A stretch of DNA of 64,000 bases, taken from NCBI GenBank assembly GCA_964016885.1, contig OZ024757.1, positions 4,712,001-4,776,000 of the forward strand. Reading direction: 5' to 3'. The stretch's first letter is position 1, and each line of letters begins with the position of its first letter. The notes under the pieces were generated by a model, which saw only the letters and a list, made by a program, of their open reading frames with translations, did no database searches and had not been told where the DNA came from. The DNA is from Eledone cirrhosa. Taxonomy: Eukaryota. Position numbers and translations under genes: made by a program. Below, one piece after another: positions 1-14,680 of the stretch.

Positions 1-149
1 TATATATATACATATATATATATGTATACATACATATATATATATACATATATATATATATGTATACATACATATATATATATACATACATATATATATA
101 TGTATACATACATATATATATATACATATATATATATATGTATACATAC

Positions 150-184
<35 letters not shown>

Positions 185-431
185 CATATATATATATGTA
201 TACATACATATATATATATATACATATATATATATACATATATATATGTACATATATATACATATATAAATACATATATGTATATATACATATATATATA
301 CATATATGTATATATACATATATATATACATATATATATACATATATATATACATATATATATACATATATAAATACATATATGTATATATACATATATA
401 TATATACATATATATGTATATATATATATAC

Positions 432-480
<49 letters not shown>

Positions 481-801
481 CATATATATATATACATATA
501 TATATATACATATATATATATACATATATATATATACATATATATATACATATATATATATACATATATATATATACATATATATATATACATATATATA
601 TACATATATATATATACACATATATATATACATATATATATATACATATATATATACATATATATATATACACATATATATATACATATATATATATACA
701 TATATATATATACATATATATATATACACATATATATATATATACATATATATATATACATATATATATATACATATATATATATACATATATATATATA
801 C

Positions 802-834
<33 letters not shown>

Positions 835-849
835 CATACATATATATAC

Positions 850-889
<40 letters not shown>

Positions 890-891
890 AC

Positions 892-972
<81 letters not shown>

Positions 973-1015
973 CATATATATATATATACATATACATATA
1001 TATATATATATACAC

Positions 1016-1114
<99 letters not shown>

Positions 1115-1125
1115 CATATATATAC

Positions 1126-1174
<49 letters not shown>

Positions 1175-1186
1175 CATATATATACA

Positions 1187-1238
<52 letters not shown>

Positions 1239-1277
1239 CATATATATATATACATATATATACATATATATATATAC

Positions 1278-1328
<51 letters not shown>

Positions 1329-1339
1329 CATATATATAC

Positions 1340-1408
<69 letters not shown>

Positions 1409-1409
1409 C

Positions 1410-1472
<63 letters not shown>

Positions 1473-1473
1473 C

Positions 1474-1556
<83 letters not shown>

Positions 1557-1607
1557 CATATATATACATATATATATACATATATATATATATACATATA
1601 TATATAC

Positions 1608-1662
<55 letters not shown>

Positions 1663-1807
1663 CATATATATATATACACATATATATACATATACATATA
1701 TATATACACATATATATACATACATATATATACATATATATATACATATATATACACATACATATATATGTATATATTATATATATATACATATATGTAT
1801 ACATACA
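1..1807. repeat. (TA)n/(TACA)n compound microsatellite, about 1.8 kb
   Basis: Almost pure tatata/tacata sequence; the long YIYI ORFs over it are artefacts. Confidence 0.98.
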
Positions 1808-1862
1808 TCATCATCATCATCGTTTAACGACCATATTCCACGCTTGCATGGGTTTGGACGGA
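1808..1862 (-). mobile_element. Extreme 3' tail of the PHD-RTE LINE family (or of its SINE)
   Basis: Reverse complement ccgtccaaacccatgcaagcgtggaa..gttaaacgatgatgatg matches the tails at 7041-7103, 19984-20040 and 36186-36243. Confidence 0.85.
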
Positions 1863-1953
1863 TATATATATATATATATATATACATACATATATATATA
1901 TAGATATATATATATATACATACATATATATATACATATATATATATACATAT

Positions 1954-1984
<31 letters not shown>

Positions 1985-2020
1985 GATACATATATATATA
2001 TACATACATATATATACACA

Positions 2021-2406
2021 TGGTGGCTGCCAACTCGTTTTCGAGTATGGCCACTACGTTATATCCATGTAGGAGAACGCCTACTGATGCGCTGAACGAG
2101 TGTGACTTTTTAGTCCAGCCAACGACCTGAAAACTCTGGTACAAACACTACACTTGTGACAATTATTGACACATAGTGCTGGGCCCATGGTACCATGTGA
2201 CAACAAGTGCAGAGAGATCTCCAGATATAAAGCAATGCCTGTGCCGTGAAGCTTTTATAGTGAGCAAAGGCAATGCACAAAGCCAGTCCCACTCTCTTAA
2301 CCAAGATGATATTTACCAAAAAGAAGAACAAGTCAACATCATTGGATACCATCAGGGTTGCAGGTGTTATATCAGAGTTTTCCTTCTCCTAGAATTCTGC
2401 CTTGAA
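2021..2406 (-). mobile_element. Non-autonomous RTE-derived (bipartite SINE-like) family A, 5'-truncated copy
   Basis: Near-identical to 3545-4153, 7818-8399, 8406-8720 and 38627-39233; flanked by (TA)n. Confidence 0.85.
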
Positions 2407-2470
2407 AGGGAGAGATATATATACATACATATATATATATATATATACATACATACATATATATACATAT

Positions 2471-2503
<33 letters not shown>

Positions 2504-2664
2504 CATACATATATATACGTATATATATGTAGAAGTTCTATTTAAATTGTTGGGATACAACAAGCAAATATTTTTATAACTGATATAAAGGACTCAACAA
2601 AATATTGGAGTAAAAATACGATACATTAACAAAAGGAAACTATATTTATAAAACCATATTTATT

Positions 2665-2728
2665 TTTTCATTATACATATTTCAAGGACACCAAGTTAAA
2701 TTATGGTGTGCTTTCATCAGATAAAATA
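2665..2728 (-). ncRNA. Type I minimal hammerhead ribozyme motif (inverted copy of 3335-3399)
   Basis: Reverse complement contains CUGAUGA, stem II and GAAA. Confidence 0.7.
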
Positions 2729-3334
2729 TAATATAGATCAGTTTTATAAATAAATATTGACATACCCTTAAAGGTATATATATATATATATATTTATATG
2801 TATATATATATATATATGTGTGCGTATGTATATATATGAATATATTCTTTTAATAATATATAGATTTTTTAATAGATCTCAATTTTAATGTATAGATCTC
2901 AATAATTTAATTGATAATTTAATTGATAAACTAAACATTTAATCATATTTAAACACTGGTTAAAATTCACCAGTTATTATTATTTATTTATTTTCTATTA
3001 ACGCTTATTTACTCTTGTTTACTCATCCAATAAATATTTATTTTTCCACTTCATCTTAAAAGTTACGCTAATACAACAACCTATCACTTAGAGCTTTCTC
3101 TTTCTCTTTTTCTTGTTTTCTTATTTTCCTCCTAGAGTTTGCTCTTTTTTCTCTTTCCCTTTCTCCATACCGCAACGGCTTATTTTAAATCTACTGTGAT
3201 TTAAACATATCCGACACTAATTTGCATAATAGAATAAATAAATTTAATAACCCCACTATCGGGGAGCTTCCAACAGAAATGGTCGCATTCTTTAAGCGTA
3301 TGTCAATATTTATTTATAAAACTGATCTATATTA

Positions 3335-3399
3335 TATTTTATCTGATGAAAGCACACCATAATTTAACTTGGTGTCCTTGAAATATGTATAATGAAATA
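3335..3399 (+). ncRNA. Type I minimal hammerhead ribozyme motif
   Basis: tattttat-CTGATGA-aagcacacca(taatttaact)tggtgtcctt-GAAA-tatgta-TA-atgaaata: 8-bp stem I, stem II with one mismatch, short stem III. Confidence 0.72.
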
Positions 3400-3544
3400 A
3401 ATATGGTTTTATAAATATAGTTTCCATTTGTTAATATATTGTATATATATATATATACATATATATATATACATACATATATATATATACATATATATAT
3501 GTACATATATATATATACATATATAAATACATATATATATGGTA

Positions 3545-4153
3545 TGGTGGCTGCCAACTCGTTTTCGAGTACGGCCACTACTTTATATCCATGTAGGAGA
3601 ACCCCTACCGATGCGCTAAACAAGTGTGACTTTTAGTCCAGCCAGCGACTTGAAAACTCTGGTACAAACACTACACCTGTGACAATTATTGACACAGTGT
3701 TGGGGCCTTGGTACCATGTGACGACAAGTGTAGAGAGATCTCCAGATACAAAGCAATGCCTGTGCCGTGAAGCTTTTATAGTGAGCAAAGGCACTGCACA
3801 AAGCCAGTCCCACTCTCTTAACCCGAGTTGATATTTACCAAAAAGAAGAATAAGTCAACATCATTGGATACCATCAGGGTTGCAGGTGTTATATCAGAGT
3901 TTTCCTTCTCCTAGAATTCTGCCTTGACAAAGGCTAAGGGGTCATCTCTCCCGGTGATTTTGGATGGCCATTGACTCTTAAGAGCTCCTTTGCCCTTTGA
4001 CAGGTTTTGTTTTTAGTCCTGCAGGATGTCCAAAGTCACCCTCCTCACCAAGAATCCTTGGTGGGGTTGCCAGTTTAGTCGCCAACAACCCGACCATGGG
4101 ACAGGTTGTACTGGGATACATGTTACCAGTAGCACCAACTGGTGACCTGACAT
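3545..4153 (-). mobile_element. Family A RTE-derived non-autonomous element, apparently full length (~610 bp)
   Basis: Has the same 5' end (tgtcaggtcaccagtt) as the copy at 38627-39233. The 3' end agtggccgtactcgaaaacgagttggcagccacca resembles the RTE tail at 4733-4775. No ORF. Confidence 0.85.
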
Positions 4154-4319
4154 AACATATATATATATATACATATATAAATACATATATGTATATATAC
4201 ATATATATATACATATATATATACATATATAAATACATATATGTATATATACATACATATATATATACATATATATATACACATACATATATATACATAT
4301 ATATATATACATACATATA

Positions 4320-4397
<78 letters not shown>

Positions 4398-4472
4398 TAT
4401 ATACATACATATATATATATATACAGATATATATACATGCATATATATATATATACAGATATATATATATAC

Positions 4473-4503
<31 letters not shown>

Positions 4504-4732
4504 CATATATATATATACACATATATATATACATATATATATATACACATATATATATATACACATATATATATATACATATATATACATATATATATGT
4601 ATATAGATATATACATACATATATATATACATACATAGATATATGTATATACATATATATATGTATGTATATATATATATATACATACATATATATATAC
4701 ATACATAAATATATATATATGTATATATATAT

Positions 4733-4807
4733 ATGATGGCTGCCCCCTCGTTATCGAGTATGGCCACTGCACGAGGAGAAAAAAAAAATAATAATAAATA
4801 AATAAAA

Positions 4808-4839
<32 letters not shown>

Positions 4840-4842
4840 GAA

Positions 4843-4873
<31 letters not shown>

Positions 4874-6700
4874 TACATTAATAACAATAATAATAATAAT
4901 AACAACATTAATAATAACGACAACAACAATAATAATATATATATACATATATATATCTGTACACATACACGCACACACATAAGCATATATATACACACAC
5001 ACACACACACGATAGCAACTAACAGCGCTGCGATCGAATGTGGCTTTTTAGCCCAGCCAATGATCTAAAGTGTCTTGCACAGAGTCGGCAACCAAAACAT
5101 TCACTGGGAATAGTCGGCTGTGGTTGGAGCTCGTGTACTTTTGCATGTCGTTTGAGCCCTCCTGCTGATTTACATTCTCTACCACATGCTTGGCAAGCAT
5201 GATGAGTAGCATCTCCAACAGCAGCCTGGCAGTCAACCACTGGTCTTACTTTATGACTGCGAAGATGACTTTCGAGTCCAGCTTTGCTTAGGCAGAGTCT
5301 CGCACAGACGCTGCATGTCAGCACCATAGGAGGGCCCTAGCCGTCTGGAAATGCAACAGCAATGCCCTTGCTCACATCCCACTTTACTTTCTCGTATGCG
5401 ATTCGAGATGCCTCAGAGGCAACTTTTCCCTCATATACAGTCTTTCTCCATTTATTACGATCAGCAGCAATATTTTCCCATGTATCAGCAGAGATGTTAG
5501 CGTCTTTCAAGGAATCCTTATACCTCTTTTTGGTTTATGTGGCGGGCGTTTTCCTTTAACTAACTCTCCATAAAAGAGTTGTTTTGGTATTCTAGAATCC
5601 TTCATCCTGGCAAGGTGACCACTCCAATGGAGTCGTTGCTGAAGCACAAGAGCTTCTATACTGTCACACATAGAGCTTTCCAAAATCTCAACACCACTAA
5701 TGTGGACCCTCCAGTGCACGCCATGGATCTGTCTGAGACACAGCTGATGGAAACGCTCCAATTGCTTAAGGTGGTGTCGATATGTGACCCAGGTCTCGCA
5801 GGCATAAAGAAGACAAGAGAGCACACATGCCTTGTACACCTTTACCTTTGTCTTCTTGCATATATCTCGCCGACCCCAGAGTCGCCTTTCTAGCTTTCCG
5901 AAAGCATCACTTGCTTTCCTAATCCTGAGTGGGATTTCATTATCAAGGTTGCTGTATCGATTGACAGCGCTTCCCAGGTAGACAAACTGATCAACCACTC
6001 CAAGTCGTTTACCATACACATAGATATTTGGTTCACTGTACTGCTTACCAGGGGCAGGTTGGTACATGACGACGGTTTTCTTGAGACTGACAGTCAATCC
6101 TAGGGCAGTGCAAGCATCAAAAAATGCATTCAAAATGTGCTGCATATCACTCTCTGTGTGCACTACAAGATCGCAATCATCTGCATACAAGAGGTCTCTT
6201 ATGATTGATGTAAATACTTTTGTCTTTGCAGCAAAGCGCCTGATGTTAAATCTGCTGCCTGAGGTTCGATATCAGATGTAAACAACATGCTCGCAATTCC
6301 TGAATGCAATACAGAAAACCATTGCAAAGTATATGGCAAACAGGGTCGGCGCTGGAATATCCCCCTGTGTCACTCCATTTTTTTACTGAGATAGGCTCCA
6401 ACATGTTACCTGTGAGATTAACCCAAGCCTTCATGTCGTCATGGAAAGACCAAACTAAAGCAAGGAGCTTATCAGAGCAACCAAGTTTCTGGAGAACCGT
6501 CCATAATGCATCTCTGTTAACAGTATCAAAAGCTTTTGTCAGATCGACAAAAACCTGATACATATCCAAACCTTGTTCCATGCACTTCTCCTGGAGCCGT
6601 CTAGATGAGAAGATCATATCAGTAGTGCCGCGTCCAGCACGAAAACAGATTGACTTTCAGGAAGAACACAATCTGCAGACGGTCCAGAAGCACCCTACAT
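4733..6700 (-). mobile_element. RTE-clade (BovB-like) LINE, 5'-truncated and degenerate: RT plus three C2H2 fingers plus 3' UTR
   Basis: ORF pieces [34 protein letters not shown] and CxxC..H fingers at 5019-5327. The 3' UTR ends in ctcgataacgagggggcagccatcat. Confidence 0.93.
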
Positions 6701-6808
6701 AAATATATATATACACATACATACATACATATATATATATATACATATATATATACAAATACATTCATACATATATATATATACATATATATATATACAC
6801 ATACATAC

Positions 6809-6857
<49 letters not shown>

Positions 6858-6937
6858 CACATACATATATATATATACACATACATACATATATATATAT
6901 ATACACACATACATACATACATATATATATATATACA

Positions 6938-7103
6938 TCTGTAAATGTGGTTGGTGTTAGGAAGGGCATCCAGCTGTAGAAACCCCGCCAGATAGTCCTA
7001 TGCGAGCAAGACAACCACTCTTGCCTCAAGTGGGAAAACTCCCGTCCAAACCCATGCAAGCGTGGAACATGGACGTTAAACGATGATGATGATGATGATG
7101 ATG
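6938..7103 (+). mobile_element. 3' tail of the PHD-RTE family ending in (GAT)n
   Basis: Matches 25759-25898 and 36081-36243. Confidence 0.9.
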
Positions 7104-7185
7104 ATATATATATATACACATACATACATATACATACCTATATATATATATATACATATATATATACACATATATATATATATAT

Positions 7186-7224
<39 letters not shown>

Positions 7225-7291
7225 CATATATATATATACATAATATGAAAATAAAACAAAGAAGCCTTCAATACATCAAAAGTCTTTATTA

Positions 7292-7329
7292 GCCAACAAT
7301 GTTTCGTCCTATTAAGGGCTCATTAGGGC
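7292..7329 (-). ncRNA. Degenerate hammerhead motif in a probable PLE pseudo-LTR remnant (about 7245-7545)
   Basis: gcc-CTAATGA-gccct(taat)aggac-GAAA-cattg-TT-ggc. The core G5A change and GUU site suggest it is inactive. Confidence 0.5.
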
Positions 7330-7817
7330 AATCAAAACCATAAGAAGCACTATCGGCCAATACAAGCCGAAAACTCCGAAGAATATGGAGTGTACATACA
7401 CTAAAGTATTGGAAGATTATGGGTAAAAATATATAATAAAAATCACTAAGGAGGTGGATAACATTTTGAATCATATTACAAATATAGTTCAAAGCAAAAA
7501 ACTAGAGCTAAGCAGAGGTGGTTATATAGAGCGGGAATTATAGTACTATATGTAATACAATATAATATAATATAATATACTTGTAACATAGATATATATA
7601 ATATACATATATATATATATACACATACATACATATATATACATATATATATATATACATATACATAAATATATATACATATATATATACACATACATAT
7701 ATATATACACACATATATATATATACACATACATACATATATATATATACACACATATATATATACACATACAAACATATATATATATATATATATATAC
7801 ACATACATATATATATA

Positions 7818-8720
7818 TTGGCTGCCAACTCGTTTTCGAGTATGGCCACTACTTTATATTCATGTAGGAGAACCCCTACCGATGCGCTGAATGAGTGTGA
7901 CTTTTTAGTCCAGCCAGCGACTTGAAAACTCTGGTACAAACACTACACTTGTGACAATTATTGACACATAGTGCTGGGCCCATGGTACCATGTAACGACA
8001 AGTGCAGAGAGATCTCCAGATATAAAGCAATGCCTGTCCTGTGAAGCTTTTATAGTGAGCAAAGGCACTGCACAAAGCCAGTCCCACTCTCTTAACCAAG
8101 ATGATATTTACCAAAAAGAAGAACAAGTCAACATCATTGGAAACCATCAGGGTTGCAGGTGTTATATCAGAGTTTTCCTTCTCCTAGAATTCTGCCTTGA
8201 CAAAGGCTAAGGGGTCATCTCTCCCGGTGATTTTGGATGGCCATTGACTCTTAAGAGCTCCTTTGCCCTTTGACAGGTTTTGTTTTTAGTCCTGCAGGAT
8301 GTCCAAAGTCACCCTCCTCACCAAGAAACCTTGGTGGGGTTGCCAGTTTAGTCGCCGACGACCCGACCATGGGACAGGTTGTACTGGGATACATGTTACA
8401 TACATATGGCGGCTGCCAACTCGTTTTCGAGTACGGCCACTACTTTATATCCATGTAGGAGAACCCCTACCGATGCGCTGAACGAGTGTGACTTCTTAGT
8501 CCAGCCAGCGACTTGAAAACTCTGGTACAAACACTACACCTGTGACAATTATTGACACATAGTGCTGGGCCCATGGTACCATGTGACGACAAGTGCAGAG
8601 AGATCTCCAGATATAAAGCAATGCCTGTGCCGTGAAGCTTTTATAGTGAGCAAAGGCACTGCACAAAGCCAGTCCCACTCTCTTAACCAAGATGATATTT
8701 ACTAAAAAGAAGAACAAGTC
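7818..8720 (-). mobile_element. Two tandem family A elements (7818-8399 and 8406-8720)
   Basis: Direct repeats separated only by tacata; same sequence as 3545-4153. Confidence 0.87.
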
Positions 8721-8808
8721 TATATATATATATATATACACATACATACATACATATATATAGACACATACATACATATATATATACATATATATATACA
8801 CATACATT

Positions 8809-8854
<46 letters not shown>

Positions 8855-9087
8855 CATACATATATATATAGATATATATACACATACATACATATATATA
8901 TAGATATATATATACACATACATACATATATATATATATACATATATATACATATACACATACAAACATATATATATCTACATATATATACATATACACA
9001 TACATACATATATATATATGTACATATATATATATATACATATACATACATATATATATATATACATATATATATACACATACATAC

Positions 9088-11855
9088 AAAAAACCCGACA
9101 ACCACCTGATCACCTATAGATCAGGGGAGCACTCTAGTCAGTTAGATTTTATCCTCATCAGAGGACGTGACAGATGGACGGTCGTAAACACAAAAGCCTT
9201 CCCTAGTGAGGAATGTACATCCCAACATAGCTTAGTTGTCAGCAACCTTACGGTCAGAACTAGACGAGCCCTGAAACAGAGGCCAACCTGGAGAAGAAAG
9301 ATCTGGAAGCTGAAAGTCCCCTCAACCAGTAACAGATTTAAAGATATTTTACTCAACGCCTACGACAGTAAAGAAGAACAGATAGAGACATTTAACGTAG
9401 AAGAGAACTGGGAGTTCCTAAAAAATAACTTACTAGAGGCGACGGATGAGGTTTGTGGCTGGAGTAAGACCTCAATCAGGAGGAGAGTGACTTGGTGGTG
9501 GAACAATAAGGTAGATGAAGCAGTCAAGGCCAAGAGACAGGCATGGAAAGAATGGAAGAACGGGGGGAGCAGGGTACATTACATAGAGACTAAGAGGGAA
9601 GCTAGGCGACAAGTATACTTAGCTAGGAGGGAAGCAGAGGATAGAAAATTCAAGCATGTTTTACAACGTGAGGACCAGAAACAGGAGGTATTCAAGATTG
9701 CGAGGCAGTGTGTCAGAGATAGTTGTGATGTCATTGGAGAGAAGTGTATCCGGAATGATAAAGGTGAGCTTGCCCTCACAAGTGCTGAGAAGAAAGATGC
9801 ATGGAAGAGTCATTATGATAGATTACTAAATGAGGAGAATGCATGGGAAGAAGAGACCCTACCACATGTAGACCCTATAGAGGGACCAGCAGTACAAGTC
9901 AGCGGCAGCGTAGTAAGTAAGGCAATCAGAGATATGAAGATGGGGAAGGCAACCGGTCCATCGGGTATAGCTGCCGAGATGCTGAAGGCATCTAGGTCTG
10001 TAGGTCACACTATAACCACACGTATCGTTAACCAGGTAATACTAGAAGGGGCCATACCAAAAGATTGGTGCAGTAGCATCATTGTCAACTGCTACAAAGG
10101 TAAAGGCGATGCACTAGATAGAGGAAACTATAGAGGTATAAAGTTGATGGACCAGGTCATGAAAGTAACAGAAAGAGTTATAGCACAGCTGATTAGGGAC
10201 CGGGTGAATATAGACGAGATGCAATTTGGGTTTGTACCAGGGAGAGGCACCACTGATGCCCTCTTGTGAGGCAATTACAGGAAAAGTACCTAGCTAAAAG
10301 TAAGCCACTCTACTTGGCATTTGTCGACCTTGAGAAAGCCTTTGACAGAGTTCCACGTGCAGTAATCTGGTGGGCTCTTAGAAAACTAGGAGTAGATGAA
10401 TGGCTTGTGAAAGCGGTACAAGCCATGTATAGGGGAGCAGTCAGCAAAGTTAGGATTAGCAATGAGTATAGCGAGGAATTTAGGGTACAGGTTGGGGTCC
10501 ACCAGGGCTCTGTTCTTAGCCCTCTCCTGTTCATCATAGTCCTGCAGGCAATAACGGAGGAGTTTAAGACCGGATGCCCATGGGAACTCCTGTATGCTGA
10601 TGACCTCGCACTCATAGCTGAATCTATGGTAGAACTAGAGAAGAAATTCCAAACCTGGAAGCAGGGACTAGAGAGAAAGGGCCTCAAAGTCAACATGACA
10701 AAGACTAAGGTCCTTGTAAGTAGACGAGAAAACAGAACCCAGATCCCCTCAGGGAAATGGCCTTGCTCAGTATGTAGGAAAGGTGTAGGTAGGAACTCCA
10801 TTCTCTGCCCCAAATGCAAACAATGGGTACACAAGAGATGTAGCGGGATCTCAGGAAGCTTAATTAAGAATGTAGGATTCACATGCAGCAGCTGTGCTGA
10901 AACAGCAAGCAAACAGCCACAGGAATCAAGTACCACCAACCTCTGGGAGGGCCCTGTAGAAACAGTAGACAGCTTCTGCTACCTAGGTGACCGAATTAGC
11001 AACGGAGGTGGGTGCTCAGAAAGTACAATAACTAGGGTAAGAACGGGATGGAAGAAGTTTAGGGAACTACTACCACTGCTAGCTGCAAAAGGCTTCTCCC
11101 TCAGAATGAAAGGCAGACTGTATGATGCGTGTATCCGAACAGCGATGTTGCATGGTAGTGAGACCTGGGCGCTGAAGGTGGAAGACTTACGTAGATTAGA
11201 GAGAAACGAAGCCTGCATGCTCCGATGGATGTGTAACAGTAATATACGTGAACGACAAAGCATAAAGGAATTGAGAGAGAGACTGAGCATAAGAGGAATC
11301 AAATGCTGCGTGCAGGAGAGGCGGTTACGCTGGTATGGACATGTGATGCGTATGAAGGATGACAGCTGCATAAAAATGTGCAGAGCACTAGAAGTTGATG
11401 GAAACCCCGGAGTGGGGAGACCCAAGATGACTTGGGATGAGGTGATAAAAGCCGACCTTACCCAACTACACCTCTCAAAGACAATGACACACGACCGTGA
11501 CTTCTGGCGTCACGCAGTAATACAGGGTACCCGACCTCCCATGGGTACATGCTGAAGCATATAAACAATATGCCCCCACTCCCCCCACCGCAAGGTGGTC
11601 GTGGAGGTGCCACGGCAAAAAAAGCACCCAGCCCACACTGTAAAGTGGACGTGTAGGCGCCACGAAAAAGCACCCAGCACTCACTGTAAATGAGGTTGGT
11701 GTTAGGAAGGGCATCCAGCTGTAGAAATCAAGCCAGATCAGTTCCTGTATAAGCAAGGCATGGTCAGCCGACCAGACACTGCCCACAACAGGACAACCCG
11801 TCTAACCCATGCTAGCGTGGAAGAACGGACGTAAAATGGTGATGATGATGATGAT
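9088..11855 (+). mobile_element. RTE-clade LINE (PHD-RTE, subfamily a), 5'-truncated, frameshift near 10266
   Basis: APE C-terminus, NYRGIKL, FVDLEKAFDRVP, GVHQGSVLSP, LLYADDL, C4HC3 insert and RLRWYGHV; (GAT)n tail. Confidence 0.95.
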
Positions 11856-11912
11856 ACATATATACATATATATATGAAATATAAGAATCAAAGAACTGTT
11901 CAAAACATTATT

Positions 11913-11961
11913 GTGCTTACAGCTGTTTCCTCCAAACCGAGGTTTGGATTCTTCGGATCAA
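11913..11961 (-). ncRNA. Hammerhead motif, CCGAAGA core variant
   Basis: Reverse complement of 14681-14729. Confidence 0.65.
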
Positions 11962-14680
11962 TTTATTAATGCATGGACAGTTATATGACCTCCTTTTCAG
12001 CCGAGAGACATACCGATACATATTCAAACATTGATACATATTCAAACATTGTGGGTCAACATTCATTACAGAATTTAGAGTGGCAGTACACACTTCGAGA
12101 TTACATTTATATTAAGAGGTACAATCCAAAATCAAACATACAGGTTATAATACAACATGAAGATAAGCGGTTATATAGTGCAAATGTTATATGTGTGGCA
12201 CGCATGTGCGTCTTGTTTATATAGTGTGGCAGAGAGATATGTGTGGTAGAGGCACTTAGGTCGGTAAACAAGAGTGTTAGGTTGGTAGATCTGGTGGCAT
12301 ATTCATTATATGATTGAAGTCTGTGTGTGGAGAAATATTATAAGCATTAAAAATAGTGCAAGCATTAAAAGTGTTAAAAGTATTGGAGATGCACAGCGAA
12401 GGGATGTCAAGTATTTCATGTACTTCGGCAATTTCATGGTCAGGGGAGTGTATTTACATAATCCACGACAATCCAGATCGTAGTCTGGTGTTCTTTAGTT
12501 CAATACAGGAGGCTGTTACGTTTCGAGAAACGCCATTGAATACCACCCGGAAGTGTGTGTGTGGCTAAGGGGAGTTAATGCATGCGGGGAGGTAACTCTG
12601 GGGTTTCTATACCTAGCTATTAAAATGTGTCCCAATATAGACCCTAATTTCTATGGTGATGCGCATCCTCCAAGAGAAATTTTTAAAGCATAAAGTGTAT
12701 TAACTATAGAGTAGTTTAATTAAGTTATGCTGAAGGTGATCATATTATTATGGTGGATTAACCCATCGTAGGGTGCCACAAATGGAAATTATAGAAGATG
12801 AGCGAGGATTCTAAATTAATGATCTCTGTGGTTGTAGTCTACTCATAGGACCAGGCGCGGTGATTGCAGGATTGCTTCAGGACCCAATGATCTCTGGTAA
12901 GATCTGGGTCATCGCTTGCTACATTGGATGTCGAAAGATAATCATCCCCAGGCCGGCCAGAGGTCGATCCGCAGTCCTCGCGACCCCTCTCTGACCGTCA
13001 GATCATCCATATATGTACAACCCGCACGGCAGTTGCAATGCATTCACTCACTGCGCTCAGCAGCCCGGTCCTACTGCTCAACAGCGTTACTAGATTAAAT
13101 CATTTTTCATCTGTCTATGGAAGGTGTTTCCTCTGCACAACACTATCCAACCGATCAATTCATGCTCAAATTACCTTTAGAGCGGTGTAGTGCCGTTCAA
13201 GTGGATGGATGTTGTCACACCTGACGTAGAGGTATAAATGGGTATTCTCCCTGCGAAGGGTTCCAGAGGGATGTCGTTGTTTGTGTTATAATAGATCAGT
13301 TAGTGTTGGGTATGTAGTATAAGGTGTGTCTCTGGTGTTTGATGCTAGATGTGGTGTTAGGTTCCAGTCCGACATTGCTATATATTGGGCTTAAAGTTTT
13401 GGAAGGAATGTCTGAAGCGGTGCTGGCAAGTTGCAAACACCTCAGATTTTTTGTTAAGTAGGTTACGGTTGGAGAAGATAATATTGTGTGTCTCTAGTAT
13501 ACAGAGGTTACACAATTTATTAGGTGGTTTGTACGAAGTCGCGCTGCCTATCACTTCCCATTTGAGTGTGTATGGTTTATTTTTAGATTTTAGATAGTGT
13601 ATGTAGCTAGAAAGTGAGGTGGAGTTTGCTAGGCTGTGCTTTTTGAACGAGTGGATGTGCGAATTATATCTGATTTTGAAGCAGTTAGAAGTGGAGCCTA
13701 CATAGGTTTATGAAGAGTTGTTAGTCGTGATGGTGCATGAGTATATGATATCCTTGGTTAGGCATTTTTTATCTAAAGGGCAGGTTCTATTAGCTCTACA
13801 GTTACAATTATCCTGTGCGTTAGTCCGCTGGTTATAATGCAGTGCGGAAGTCTGTGTGGTAGCTATAGGATTTTGGGCGTTCGGGTTGACAACCCTGGTG
13901 TTATTACTTATACTAGTGTTATTTCTATTGTTACTGCCGTTGCTATGGTTGCTTGCTACAGTGGTATTTAGAGGGTTTGCATCCCGTTGTGATTTTGTTT
14001 GTTGGAAGTAAGAACTAATTTTACTATTATTGCTGCTAGCTATGTGGTATGCTAAGTTAGGCGTCGTAGAGTATGAGATTTTAATGGTGTTTTTGTTTAA
14101 GAGGTTGTGGTACTTGTGTCCTAGAGGGAAGTTTTTATCTAGTAGTGAGAAGAAAGCCCTAGGTATGTTGGTGGAGACATTTAGGTTGAAAGGAGGGTTG
14201 AAAAATGTATTATTTCTTCTTCTATTTTTGCTTTTAGTGTTTGGTGTGTTGCTTCCTCCTAAGGCCCCACAGTAGTTTCCATGGTAATGGTTACTTCCGG
14301 TGGCACCCTCCGCTTTGGTGTACTTGTGGTTGCTATTCCTATTATTAGGTTTCCTCATGGACATGCTGTGCGAGATGATGTTGTAGCTATGTGTTTTCTT
14401 AGGTAGGAACTCAATTTCTATATTATGGCCGGAGCTAGCTAATGCTTGATTGTAATATTGTGAGTTTTTGCTAAATATGTTTGCGTCATAGGACAGACTA
14501 GAGATTCTATTGGACACCCCCTTAGAGATAGAGTTTAATATTGATCTAGGGTGATTAGACTTGGTATCTACGTAAATAAGTTTCTCGTTAGGCTTATGGA
14601 AAGGTGTTCAATGTTTGAATATGTATCGGTATGTCTCTCGGCTGAAAAGGAGGTCATATAACTGTCCATGCATTAATAAA

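Larger units (their letters stand above)
2625..3436. mobile_element. PLE remnant with inverted ~150 bp pseudo-LTR arms (about 2625-2773 and 3290-3436)
   Basis: The arms are reverse complements and each carries a hammerhead motif. Confidence 0.7.

Noticed and set aside
22-1985. Long [12 protein letters not shown] ORFs here and throughout the window
   Set aside because: TA/CA/TG repeats lack stop codons; these are not proteins.
4060-4153. Definite HDV-like ribozyme in the family A leader
   Set aside because: A complete P1/P1.1/P2/P3 nested pseudoknot could not be built by eye; kept only as a hypothesis.
13383-14606. Selenocysteine recoding, reported for some Naiad PLEs
   Set aside because: The only in-frame stop seen is TAA at a Glu position (13708); the Cys positions use normal codons.
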